In this document: one piece after another, positions 9,699 through 21,605 of the stretch
How the letters are laid out: each line of letters begins with the position of its first letter
Numbering within the stretch: the stretch's first letter is position 1
Assembly: GCA_002269645.1 (NCBI GenBank)
Contig: NIVC01000224.1
Span: 1 to 64,000, forward strand
Source: Macrostomum lignano
Lineage: Eukaryota
Length of the DNA stretch: 64,000 nt
Reading direction: 5' to 3'
Notes under the pieces: generated by a model
The model's input: only the letters and a program-made list of their open reading frames with translations
Told to the model about the DNA's origin: nothing
The model's database searches: none
Position numbers and translations under genes: made by a program

Positions 9699-12600
9699 AT
9701 GAAATCAGCCGCGAGCAGCAGCTCCGGGGCATCAGAGAGGCCCCGCTCAGCCGTGCGCCAGTTCTGTGGCTACACGACCGCCCACGGCCTGGGCCGCTTC
9801 TCCGAGCAGTCTACCTTTTTCGGCAGGCTCATCTGGGTCTCTTTTCTGCTGGGCACCTACGGCGGCTTTGTCTATCACCTGTACACCCTGTTCGACAGGT
9901 TTGCCCAGGCTCCTGTGCTCACCACAATGACCGTGTCCTCGCTGCCGTTCCAGTTCCCGGATGTGTACATCTGCCCGACGCAGGCGAACACCATGAGCAA
10001 GGCCATTAAGTCTCTGACCGAATTTGGAGTTACCGATACGGAGTTCCTTACCAAGAGGACCATCGACGAGAAGATTGGATTTTACGCTTTTGACATTAAA
10101 AACAGTGACTTCAACCAGATGACGATGGCACTGCTGAGCGTCCTGGAAAGCACAGAAGAGTCACTGATGGCGAAGTTTCAGTTTCCAGCACGTGGTGAGC
10201 ACTCTGCTATTTGAAAACTCTTTGCCAGAGCAGCATTCCATATATCTGAGCTCTTATCTGACAAAATCCCTATTCAAAATTTGAGCCATGAGAAACTTGC
10301 TTTAGGCTTTGAGGATATCGGGCTGCATAAGTTTTCCTCAAAAACATGTTAGAGAACCGAGCCGAGTGTCGGACAACGCTCTCAGGCGAGGAATACTCTG
10401 GCGACGTGAGTTCAGCAGTTGTCTACGGATTTGCCACCATGACAGTCACGTCTGTGAACACCTCGGCATTCGAGCCCAGTCCGTACAGAGCGCTTAGATC
10501 GTGCATACCATGGAATGATGCAGCTCGGATGCTGCATAGTACAAGCGCCAGCCTAGCCAACAGGCTGCTGTCACTCAAATTTTCCGACGACGAGTCCCGC
10601 TGTCGCTCGCCGCCCGGACTGCCGCTGTCTAAGCTTCTGCCGTTTGCATCTCGTGAGTCAAGAAAATTCAGAGATGAGAAAGTTCTAACAAAAAATAAAG
10701 CATCGCACGTTGCTGATTTTCCAGGACCAACGTTACAGCTTATCGACTGCTTCCCAAAAAAGACTGTGGATGCATTATTTCTTGTCTGCTCGGAGCTCCA
10801 AATCATCACTTATGAATCCTGCGCCGAATGCTGCGCCAGACTCCATTTCCCGTACGTGGCCCTCCAGCCCCTGTCGTGCCGATGCGGCTTCAGCATCAGC
10901 GGCATCAAGAATACGTCCGACACGTGCAACAGTTATTGCAAGAACGACAGCACAAGAGTTTGCGGCTCGGCTACTAGCGCTACGGTTCTGCAGATTCGGC
11001 ACAATGGTGAGTGAATCATTCAACCATGTAGGCCCGAGTTCGGAGAGCATCAGGAGGCATTTTAACCGACAGCTCAGATCCTATAAATCGTCTGTATTCG
11101 TCTAATTTCCTATTTCCTGTTTTTAGCATCAAAGGCGCTGCACATAGGAAACTTCAGCCAGTTGACGCCGCAGGCGCACGGGCCCTACTGCTTCTTTAGA
11201 GATGAGATTGGCAAGCTGAATGCCGGCTTCTGTGAAATCCCCTTTTGCCGAATTTGTAAGTCCAATCCGCCGCAGTGATGAACTTCATCGCCAAAGTCTC
11301 GAGAAAATTAGCTTCTAGGCTCAAACTGCTCACTTTTCAGCCAAATCTAAGACCTACGACTGTGCTGTGAGCTCATCAGACAAGCACGTAGAGCAGCTGA
11401 AGCTCTCTCGGTATACGGGATGGACGAATGTCACCGCCTCCGGCAGACGATGCATGCCTTGGAGTAAATTGCTGAGAATCGAGGAGCTGGTTAAAACGCG
11501 CAGTCAGTACCGCCTGATTTACTTGAAGCTCTCACAATCTAGCAAAAATGCATTCTCAGCTTGAATTCCTACCTTCATGCAGTATTCGCCCTGGCTGAGG
11601 CTTTGAAAAATATCTACATCCGAGTTCCCGACGAAATCGAGAACAGCGAGGACAACTTCTGCCGCTCAGCGAGCATTGTGGTCGACTCCGTCCCAAGTTG
11701 GGATGAAACTATGATAATGTGAGTTCAAAACTGAGTTCGTGACAAATCTTTGCACGAGTATGAGTTCCAAGCTTTAAATAAACAGACCAATAAAGCTTTT
11801 CTTCCATCTCAGGCGGCACAGCGTCTTTAGCTCAAGCGTGCCAATTTGCATCCCGGAAGACTTTCTCGTCGGACTGGCGACACCGCAGATTATGGGTTTC
11901 GTCTCATTTTTCGAATTGTCGGTAGAGACCTGCGATATACCGAAGTGCTGTGAGTTTTGAGCCTTTTAGAGAAAAAACTGTAAGACAGCTAATGACTGTT
12001 TGAATTTAATCGGCATTTTTAGACACCACTGCCCCCAGCGTGACTAGCGCTATCAGCGATTCGGTTGGCAGACACCTGCTGGCTCGCCAGTTCGGCAGCG
12101 ACCTCGGTGTCAGCCTCGTTGAGTGCAGCTTTGCTGGCCAGAAGTGCACCAAGGAAGACTTTGTGAACTTCGCCCACCCGCAGCTGGGCATGTGTCACCA
12201 GTTTCTCAAGCAGCGCTTCACCGCCAACATGAGCAGCACGCAGTTGGCAGAGAGCCAGCTGTCAGTCAAGTACTTCACGGACTCGACAGACGCAAAGGGA
12301 CAGACGTTGTCAAATATTGACAAGCTGACGCGGGTGGTGCGAGGAGGCCGCAGTGCTGATGCCAGACAGACAGCATTCAAGGTGAGTCTTTGACGGCTGC
12401 TTACGCTTACTTTCACACTGAACAATGCTCACTCTCACACTGAACAATGCTCACACTCACACTGAACAATGTTCACACTCACACTGAACAATGCACACAC
12501 TCACACTGAACAATGCTCACTCTCACACTGAACTATTCTCACACTCACACTGAGCAATATTCGCTCTCACACTGAGCAATATTCGCTCTCACACTGAGCA

Positions 12601-14484
12601 ATATTCGCTCTCACACTGAGCAATATTCGCTCTCACACTGAGCAATATTCGCTCTCACACTGAGCAATATTCGCTCTCACACTGAGCAATATTCGCTCTC
12701 ACACTGAGCAATATTCGCTCTCACACTGAGCAATATTCGCTCTCACACTGAGCAATATTCGCTCTCACACTGAGCAATATTCGCTCTCACACTGAGCAAT
12801 ATTCGCTCTCACACTGAGCAATACTCGCTCTCACACTGAGCAATATTCGCTCTCACACTGAGCAATATTCGCTCTCACACTGAGCAATATTCGCTCTCAC
12901 ACTGAGCAATATTCGCTCTCACACTGAGCAATATTCGCTCTCACACTGAGCAATATTCGCTCTCACACTGAGCAATATTCGCTCTCACACTGAGCAATAT
13001 TCGCTCTCACACTGAGCAATATTCGCTCTCACACTGAGCAATATTCGCTCTCACACTGAGCAATCATCCGAGCCTCCATTGCGAACTTGAAGGCCGTCAT
13101 CGTACCGGAGGGATCCTTCCCATGGGCTTCAAAGAGCATTGACGTGGCCACGGCTCAGCGCATGGACGTGCAGCTTAGCTTGAACAAGTACTCGAAACTG
13201 TCCAGCGCATCCAGGCCCTGCATGGAGACCACAGAACCTGTCACATATCGACTGCCGTCCTGGAACATGCCACCATCGAATGAAAATTTCAAGTACTAAT
13301 CTGTATCCTGCTTTTGGGAATTAACCTGTGCTAATCTGTGCTAATATCGTTATTACGCTATGAATTCATTTACTAATACTATAACCTTGGCTCCAGAATC
13401 GATTGGGCCGCAAATAGGATTATTTCAACCAGCGGCTGGACACGGAAACTGTCGATGCTGCGCGAGACGCTGCTCAACAACAGCGGCCCAAGGTTAGTAG
13501 TGCCAGCAGGTGAAGTGCTCCTGAAGTTATTCTTAACTGCGGAAATTGTCACAACAAACGAAAAGTACTTCGCGATTTCAGCATCCTGACCGATGCGGGC
13601 CGCCTGTTTGACGTCCCCGATCGAGGCGATTGCGTCAACACCTACGTCGTGCGGGCCTTTCTCAACAACTGCAGATGCCTGCCGTCGATTCTGCCCATCA
13701 AAGCCGAGCTGCTCGCCAATTTCAGTTACTGCTTCAACATCAAGGATGCTGATAACATTTCTGACGACACCGAGAGGTGCTACATTGATCAAATGTCCCG
13801 GATTACTCAATATCAATATGAGGCTACAAAACTCTGCAAGCCCCTGTGCAGCACCTTCGAATACACCAGCCGCTTCATCCCCTACACCTGGCCTAACCTG
13901 CATTTCATGCAGTCGCTCGAGTTCCTGCGGCAGCTGGCTTCCGACTTGGGCTACCGGCACAACATCAGCCGGCTGAAGGGTGTCTCCAGCCTGTACTATG
14001 CATATCTGAGGGCTCAGAGACTCGCAGACACGCCAGTTAGCAAAATCAGCAGCGTCGAGTCTCAGAGATTTGATGTGGAGCTGACGGCGCTGGAAAACCG
14101 GCTGGCTCAGCTGACCGTCCAGGCTGAGCGGCCCTTCGGCCAGGAGGTCTCGGAGGAGCCGGCCTACCCCGCCAAGAACCTCCTGGCCGACATTGGAGGT
14201 GAGAAATCATTTTGAGTGGTTTTGGTATCGGCAGCGCGAATTCAGTCAGTTTTCAATCGGATTGCCTTTCAGGCGCCCTGGGTCTCTGGTCCGGCATCTC
14301 CATTCTCACTGTCTGCGAGTTGCTGGAGCTCTTCATCTACCTGGGGCAGGAGCTGGTCCTGAGGATGCGGCGACAGCCCTCCAAGGGGCAGCCAGGAGAC
14401 AACAACGAGCCTGACTTACCATCTAAGGTAGAGATGGAGTCGGAGATGAACGCGGTTGAGAATGAAAAAGTCACTCATTTTTGA
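9699..14484 (+). CDS. DEG/ENaC (amiloride-sensitive) channel subunit with kringle-WSC-kringle insertion; 12 exons, 1041 aa
   Basis: Exons 9699-10194, 10353-10652, 10725-11006, 11127-11255, 11341-11502, 11583-11718, 11813-11949, 12023-12381, 13093-13292, 13397-13492, 13582-14198, 14273-14484 (3126 nt; all GT-AG and phase-consistent). Motifs: TTAHG gating motif, TM1, FPDVYIC, ECSFAGQKC..DF..LGMCHQF, thumb cysteines (NNCRC, LCKPLC), LLADIGGALGLWSGISILTVCELLE (TM2 with GxS filter). Confidence 0.93.
12415..13065. repeat. 22-bp minisatellite filling ENaC intron 8
   Basis: Unit TCACACTGAGCAATATTCGCTC, ~28 near-identical copies, degenerate at the 5' end. Confidence 0.95.
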
Positions 14485-15593
14485 TTGAAGAGAAATCCTT
14501 GCTGAAATTCTGCTTGAGATTCCGAGAAGGCTGCAGTGTTGGGGGCAGTCCATGCACGGACAAATGAAGTAGAAGAACGCTGCACTTCTCCACCGTAGCG
14601 TAGCCACAAACACTTTGATGCTTGCTTTATTCACTATCCAAAATTCCACAAGCCGATAAAATGTCTTAGCGCTTAGTGCTGAAAATCTGGTGTTTTTTAC
14701 CTCACTGAATGCGTTTTTGTGCCTGCAGCCTGCAGTGACAGTTGCTTTATTTTGCAGCGCCCTTCCACTTAGGAACAGACCGTGAACGAATGTTAAACTG
14801 GATCGCAGATTGCTTATTTAATCGGTGAAAGGCAAAATGGACTGCAGTTTAGCTGATTGGCTTGCAGGCCCTTCGCTTCAGTGATTTTTGCTAATTCGCG
14901 TGCGGGAATCGCTGATATTACACAATTATATTATAACCTTATCACATTATGATACTATACATTAATCCTTTATGATATTCTCCGCTCACTACATTATATC
15001 ATTATTGCATTAATCAAATTATTAAATGATGATATTATCACATAACAAGATCATCATATAATACCTTACCTTTTTGCTTAAACGCTACCCTACCTAACAC
15101 TGACCTTGCAATTTTCACATAATTTAATACGAGTTTCATTAAAAGTGCCGAAATCCGCGTGCTTTGTCAACACTAATATTTTTCTTCAGCAGTCCGTAGA
15201 ATGAATGAAACACGAATAAAAAACTGCTTTGCCTCCATTTCACAGATTATTTTGTTATTGCATTGCAAGTATATAATCCTAGTCATTCGAAAAAATCTTT
15301 TTAAGCTGACATTAAAAAAGTTTTTTAAAAATTGATGCAGCGACAAAGCTGAGCTGCTGAGCAAATTTTTTCGAATTAAAAATTGTTCAAAAATTTTGCT
15401 TCCATTTGTTTTCGTCTTCAACAGCAACCAGAAAAGTTGCTGTGATGGTCAAAATAGGCAGCTGTGAAGCATTCTGGAACCCCGGATCCTGGAAACAACA
15501 ACAAGAAACTGCAAATTACGAAGCCCCGCATGCAAGGTCACAGTTAGAGCAGGAGGCGTCAGATGGCGCGCCACAGAGCCTTAATTAGAGCTG

Positions 15594-18520
15594 ACGAAGT
15601 CCGCCCCGTTGGCAGTGTCGGGCGCCCCGGCGTCGCGTAGGAGGCAGTTCCCGTATCGACGGGTTCGGGCCTGACCCCGCCTGAGCGGGCCCTGCAGGCT
15701 GAGCAGCAGGACGTCCTGAACAGGTTGGGGGCAGCATCCCTCGGCCCGGATCACGTGGCCCGCCAGTTGAAGTCGCCGCCGGCACAGGATGATGGACGGG
15801 CGCTGCAGCTTGGCCCGATCATACAGGGCCTCGTCAGCTCGAAAGGCCGCAGAGAGCAGCTCTGAGTGCGCCGAGTCCAGCTGCCGCTCCAGTGCAGCAG
15901 TCAGCGTCCACGTCTCGGCGTTGTAGAGCAGGACGGTTTCGACCACCGCCTGCCACAGCCGAGCCCTCTGGCGGTGGGGCAGCGCTTCGGACTGGACGAC
16001 GGCCCGGATCGAACGGAAGGCCGCCCAGGCAACTCCTCTGCGCCGCCGGAGGTCTTCGTCCACGTGGGGCACCAGACCGCCGAGGTAGGTGAACCGCTGG
16101 CAGCGTGCGAGCCTGGTCGTCTGCCGTCTGCGCCGCGGTATGTCAGGTCCGCTGGGATGTCGGCCGGCACAGTCAGCACCTCGGTCTTCAGCGTGTTGAC
16201 AACCAGTCCGACGCTCGATGCCATCTCGACGAACCTATCGATCTGGCGCTGGGCACCTTCAATAGACGAGGACAGGAGGGCGAGGTCGTCGGCGTAGCCA
16301 AGCACGCTCAGGCGCTTTTCGCCGTGGCGACGACCGATGCGTTTGCGCAGCAGGAAGCCGTCGTCAGCCGAGGGGAGTGCGGTCCGAAGCACCCAGTCCA
16401 GCAGCAGCACGAAGAGGAACGGCGCCAAGGTGTCTCCCCGCAGAACTCCTGATGAAGTGTCGAACAGGTCAGACAGGCCGTCCGCCGTCACCACAGCAGC
16501 TCGAGTATCGCAATACAGCTCCATGACAGCGTCGATTAGCTGCTGTGGGACCCGGTAGGCTTGAAGGACAAAGGGAGGCGCGGCTCTCAACACTGAGTCA
16601 AACGCCTTTCGAAAGTCAACGAAGACAATGATCAGCGTAGACTGGCGGATGCGCGCCTCCTCGATGACACGGAAGAGTGCGAGGATCTGTGTCACTGTAC
16701 CGGGTTGCGGCCGGAATCCGTTCTGCTCGTACCGCCAGCACCGACTGCAAACGATCGAGCAGCAGCCGGTTGAATAGCTTCGCGGTGCAGGGCATCAGCG
16801 AGATCTCGCGGTGGTCTTCTTTCCGCGTTGTCCCTACCTTCTTCGGGATCGGCACGATGTGGGCGACGGTCCACTCGGTGGGCGCGGGGGCGCCGGCGAG
16901 CACGCGGTTTATGACGCCTGTGACCTGGGAGGCCACACAGCGGAGCCGCAGCGCTTCGACCGGGACTTCGTCGGGGGCGAGCGCCTTGGCGCCTAATGTT
17001 TTCCGAGAGAACAGCACAACGTCCTCCGTGGTGGCTGGGCTGGTGCAGAAGTCCTCCTCAGCTGGGAGCGGCGTGTCCAGTGGGAGCGCAAAACTGGCAG
17101 GCAGCGGCGACGCGACGCGTTCACGTCGGGGCCGGCTGCAGTGATGGACCGGATGGCGTCGTCGACAGCGGCTTGCTGCCGCTCATTTAGAAGGCTTTCA
17201 AATGCGTCTTAAGCGTCCCCCGTGGGCCGCCGGATTCTGCGGAGTCGCTCGATGTTGAGCCGCGCCTGCCTGATGGTCGGGTCGCTCTGCCAGACAGGTA
17301 GCGATTTCTGCGCTGGCCGCATCAGCGGGACCGTCTGCTGATGTCGGAAAACTCCGCCTCGCGCTGATCTCCAAGCGCGCCGATGAAGGCGGCTGCGAAT
17401 TGACGCTTCACGCGGGTGTCCAACAGTGCGCGATAGTAGCGCCGTGACCGTGCTTTGGCGGTCGGTAGAGCTGGTCGTGAAGCTGCAAGTCGCAGAGCAG
17501 GAGTCGCTGGTCTGACCGGAGAGCCAGCGGAGCCATGGTGTCGCAGTTGGTGACGCGGCGGCGCATGGTCGAGTTGCGCCTTTCTTCTCGTGGCGTTTTG
17601 CCCGCGTGCGTTCCGTCGCCTTCTTTTGCAGCCCACAAAGGTGATCAGGCGGGCAGGGGGCTTGCAGAACTGGGTGTTTGCGGACACCAGGTCCAGCCGG
17701 TCAAGCAGGTCCTCCAGCGCATCGGTGTTGGCGTTCTCGCCTCCCGCGACAAAGGGCGAGCGCTCGGACCTCCGCGGAACTGAGTTCACGTCTCCGATCA
17801 CTGCCAGCATGTCGCGGTTAGGCACCTCTTCCAGCTGCAAAGTCGAAGTCGTGAAGTCGAAGAAGGCACGAGCCTCCTCGGGGTGAGCAGCGGTGGATGC
17901 ATACGCGTAAAACAGCCGGATGCAGCGGGCGCGCAGTCGCGGGGACAGCGAGATGCAGTGCACGCTCTGCCGAAGGCGCGGTCCGATCAGCACGCCGACA
18001 CCGCCCCGACCGCGGTCGTCTGCCGACGTGTACAGGTGGCTCCAGCCGGCTTCGAGGTCCTCAGAGTGGAGCCCCGGCTCAGCCACGATAGAAACCTCCT
18101 GCAGCATGATGAGGTCCGGCTGTGGGTCGTGGGCCAGCTGGACAAGAATGATGCGACGCCAGGAGGCCTTCAGAGTTCGGCAGTTCATCGTGCCGAGCCT
18201 GAGGCGGCCACCTGGTACAGCTGGGGCCAGATGGAGGTTGGCCTCATGGTCCCCGGCGCCACCCGGCGAATCCATAGTTGAGGTAGCAGGGACTGGGGAC
18301 AACAGGCGCCTGGCCGCGCCACGGAGTCGCCCTCGCCGGTTGCGCTCGCGCCGCCGCTCAGTGTGACGTTGCGCGCTGCGCTGACCTCTGCGAGTCCCTG
18401 CTGTGCTGAGCTTTGCTGCCGCAGCCGAAGCGCGGCCGTCCGAGCCAACCGAGGTCATCCGCGGCCTGATGATCTGGCCGCAATACCAGGAGGTGTCAGC
18501 ACTATTTGCACGGGTGTGCA
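15594..18520 (-). mobile_element. RTE-clade non-LTR retrotransposon (APE endonuclease + RT), frameshifted
   Basis: Endonuclease: RLGTMNCRTL, IMLQEV, GRGGVGVLI, VIGDVNS. RT: WTVAHIVPIPKK, HREISL, VDFRKAFDSV, GVLRGDTLAPFLF, GYADDLALL. RTE-type C-terminus: WAAFRSI, YNAETWTLT. Split over several frames; GC-rich relative to flanks; no 3' tail or TSD found. Confidence 0.9.
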
Positions 18521-18825
18521 AATAAAATAACTCTGCAAATAAAATGGCTCTGCAAATAAAATGGCTGGAAACAATATTTTTGATTTTTTGTCACTAACTC
18601 AAATTAGCCCTTCTTACACCTTGCTCGTGGAAAATCACTATTAGCCCTACTTTGAGTGGCTTGCATGGTCATCTTGCAGTGTTTAGTTTCAGATCGGAGA
18701 TTGTAGTTTTGGCCGATATCCGGGAATCACTGGTCTATTCGGAATCACAGAGTTCTGAAACAATTCAGACCACCGATGCTACCGTCCAACATGAAAGGAT
18801 CGAGTCAATTCTGAGTCAAGTAAGG

Positions 18826-19015
18826 ATTCTGAGCTTCAGTCTGTATTCTGAGCTTCAGTCTGTTTTCTGAGCTTCAGTCTGTATTCTGAGCTTCAGTCTG
18901 TTTTCTGAGCTTCAGTCTGTATTCCGAGCTTCAGTCTGTATTCTGAGCTTCAGTCTGTATTCTGAGCTTCAGCTTGTATTCTGAGCTTCAGTCTGTATTC
19001 TGAGCTTCAGTCTGC
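18826..19015. repeat. 19-bp minisatellite (~10 copies)
   Basis: Unit TTCTGAGCTTCAGTCTGTA. Confidence 0.93.
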
Positions 19016-20153
19016 GATTCAGTCAAATTATATGCACTATTTACTTGTACATTGAACTCAAGTAGTGTAAGTGATGCGTGTACACTGTAGAATCAAATGC
19101 AATGCGTCACATAGTTTAAAGTGTCGTGTTGGACCACTGTTACGTAACTATAAATTGCCTTACATGACCACCAAGTTCGAATCCATCCATCAATCACATA
19201 CGACTATAGTGTCAAAAAGAACGTCCTGTCAATACCATGCAACTGTTCCTCTAACTAATAGGCTTACGCGCAAACCGATACATCAAATGCGTGTACAGTA
19301 GACCAATTACATATAGGCAATCGTTTTGCCTCATCACACTGTAATGCACCAAACCGTTGAACCTTTAGCCTCATTAAATTTGAACTTAATATTGTATATG
19401 CTGCACCGAATATGAACCTACTGGCTTTCAAAATGTCCTAAATAAACGAGACCTAGATAGGTCGAGAAGTTAGCCTGCAACCTCCGCTAAGACTTGGTTA
19501 CCCGGGAGTAATTAACCTTCTCCAAGGAGGCATGCACTTCTACGAGTACAAACAGGCTGCAGTTTGCAACAGTTTGTGCTATCACCCGCTATGCACACTT
19601 ACTGCGTCTCCCTGTCCCTCAGCTAATTCGGGTCGACGTCCGGCTTCGTGGCCGGCGCGGGCGCGCCCCTGCCACCCGTCCTGATGATCACGCTCAAGAC
19701 TTCTTAGAGCATGCAGCTCTCGTTGAGCATATGGAGGCCTCGGAGACCTGAACGCTGTTTTGCGTAGGTCCAATTCAAGCGGTCACTAGCTGCTCGTGAC
19801 GCCGCGTGAGAATGGCGACACCAAAGGGGTGGAGGACATCTAGAGAGGCAGGAAATGGTGTCGGCCAACACCTGCTTCAGCAAGCCACCTTGTGGACTGA
19901 CGAAATTTGTGGGCTGAAAACGGAGACAGTGGAACTCGCATGCGCGAATAAAAATGATTCATCGTCCGTACTGTTTTAGCACAGAAAAGCACGAGAATAA
20001 TTATAGTAGCTCGTAGTTAATGATAACTATTCATACATACACCAAGCGCAACCCCCCCCCCCCCTGATTTACACTGGCCGTGCATCTTACTTTTTGACCA
20101 AAAATACAACTTACCTATGAAAACCTACCTTAAGCAAAAATTAATGTATTTTT

Positions 20154-20217
20154 GGGTAAATCATGGGAGTAACTATGACTAATTGTTAAAAGGCTAAATG
20201 CTCATCATCTAATTAGT
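20154..20217 (+). other. Degenerate 28S rRNA-like fragment (helix 69-71 / R2 target region)
   Basis: GGGTAAAtcatGGGAGTAACTATGACT...AAATGC-TCaTCATCTAATTAGT aligns by eye with the conserved eukaryotic LSU sequence GGGTAAACGGCGGGAGTAACTATGACTCTCTTAAGGTAGCCAAATGCCTCGTCATCTAATTAGT. Confidence 0.65.
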
Positions 20218-20248
20218 ACTGTCTGTATTTTTTGGTGTTCATTTTTTT

Positions 20249-21605
20249 GGATTACAGTCGTTTCGGTGACAAGACGTTTCGGTGACAGTCGTTTCGGTGA
20301 CAAGCAAAAGTCATTTCGGTAACAAGAAAAATACCCTTTGGTGATAGCTATTTTGTTTTTAAACAGTAAAATTACCTTGCAAATCTAAAGGAATATCAAA
20401 CCTTAACTTTTTAATAATTTTCTGCAACGGTTAAGTATGGCTTTATTTAATTTTGTTTATATACAATTCCAGAGGTAGCGATCTTTTGAATTTATATGTT
20501 TTCCAATCCAATTGACGCCGCGAAAGATCAGAAAAAAATACTTCTGTCAATACCTCTTAAATGACAAGCAAGTACACAAGATAGGATATGCTACAAATGA
20601 AAAAAGAGTCAGAAAAGAGCTCACTGGTGTAGCTAAAATATATGAAGTCATGAATAGCTAAAACAGTTATGCAAACTGAAACAGATACATCAGCAGTGTA
20701 ATAAATCCGCTTTTCAGTTGTTTATTCATTTACTGTCTTTTTTAATTTCCTATTTAATTCGTCGCTAATCGTTAGACGTTAAGTTCGTTCGAAGTGTGTT
20801 TATGCTCGTTTTTCACGCTTTGAAATATCACGCGCTTTCAAAAATACTATATCTTTTTACTAAAATCGCCTATTATTGAGAACAATCCTTAATTATACTA
20901 GATATTTGTTATATTGACAAAATAACATTTAACTACCTTTTCTGAATCGCATTTTAGAAGAATCGTTTTGCATTAAGGTCATATATATACAACATCGATT
21001 TCCTATTTTTCCCTGCTTAGAATCTTGCTGTTCCGTCGTTAGTCGTTAATCAGCTGAAAAAACCGTAAAAATTCTTGACGCCCTTTCAAATACCTTACTT
21101 AATACAAATATCGTATAGTACTCGTTTTCAGCGATCGTGTAAAATTTAATTTTTTGAATAAATACTAAATAAATCGGATCATACTGGCATAACAGGCTCC
21201 TTAAGCCTGAGCCAAATTTACTACTAAAAAAAACAATTGAACCAATTGTGTCTAGTCTACTGAATATCTCTGCTTTTCTCGTAGTCAGCATTTCATGAGG
21301 ATTCTCTATAGGTTTATGGTTGGTGTCAGAATATTCTGGGACAATTCAAAACGATCTGCACAGAAAGAAAATCATATAATTAGTTTGATTTCTTTTCCAA
21401 ATTTCCTACAACTAATCTTTCGACGGAAATTTTCAAATATGAACGAAACATAAATCTCAACAAAATAACTAGAAGCTGATATTATGAAACGCCTCCTGTC
21501 ACAAAAAATGACTATACTTAGAATTTTTTATCAAAAATAAATCGTGTCTGTAGCAAAAGCAACTTGTCACCGAAACTACTATTTGTCACCGAATCAACCG
21601 GTACC
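20249..21605. mobile_element. Non-autonomous Mutator-like (MULE) DNA transposon
   Basis: GG...CC termini; repeated subterminal TTTCGGTGACAA motifs on the left and TTGTCACCGAA on the right; 9-bp TSD CATTTTTTT (20240-20248) vs CATTTTTTA (21606-21614); no transposase ORF. Confidence 0.7.

Noticed and set aside
9587-10009. Alternative-frame and antisense ORFs over the ENaC, AARS, nAChR and LINE coding regions
   Set aside because: Shadow ORFs of GC-rich coding sequence; the motif-bearing frame is unambiguous in each case.
19140-19190. Third SINE/tRNA suggested by GTTCGAATCC at ~19175
   Set aside because: Isolated B-box-like decamer without a convincing A box or cloverleaf.
20154-20217. Mitochondrial 16S rRNA insertion (NUMT)
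   Set aside because: The sequence follows the cytosolic 28S wording (GGGAGTAACTATGACT), not the mitochondrial equivalent.
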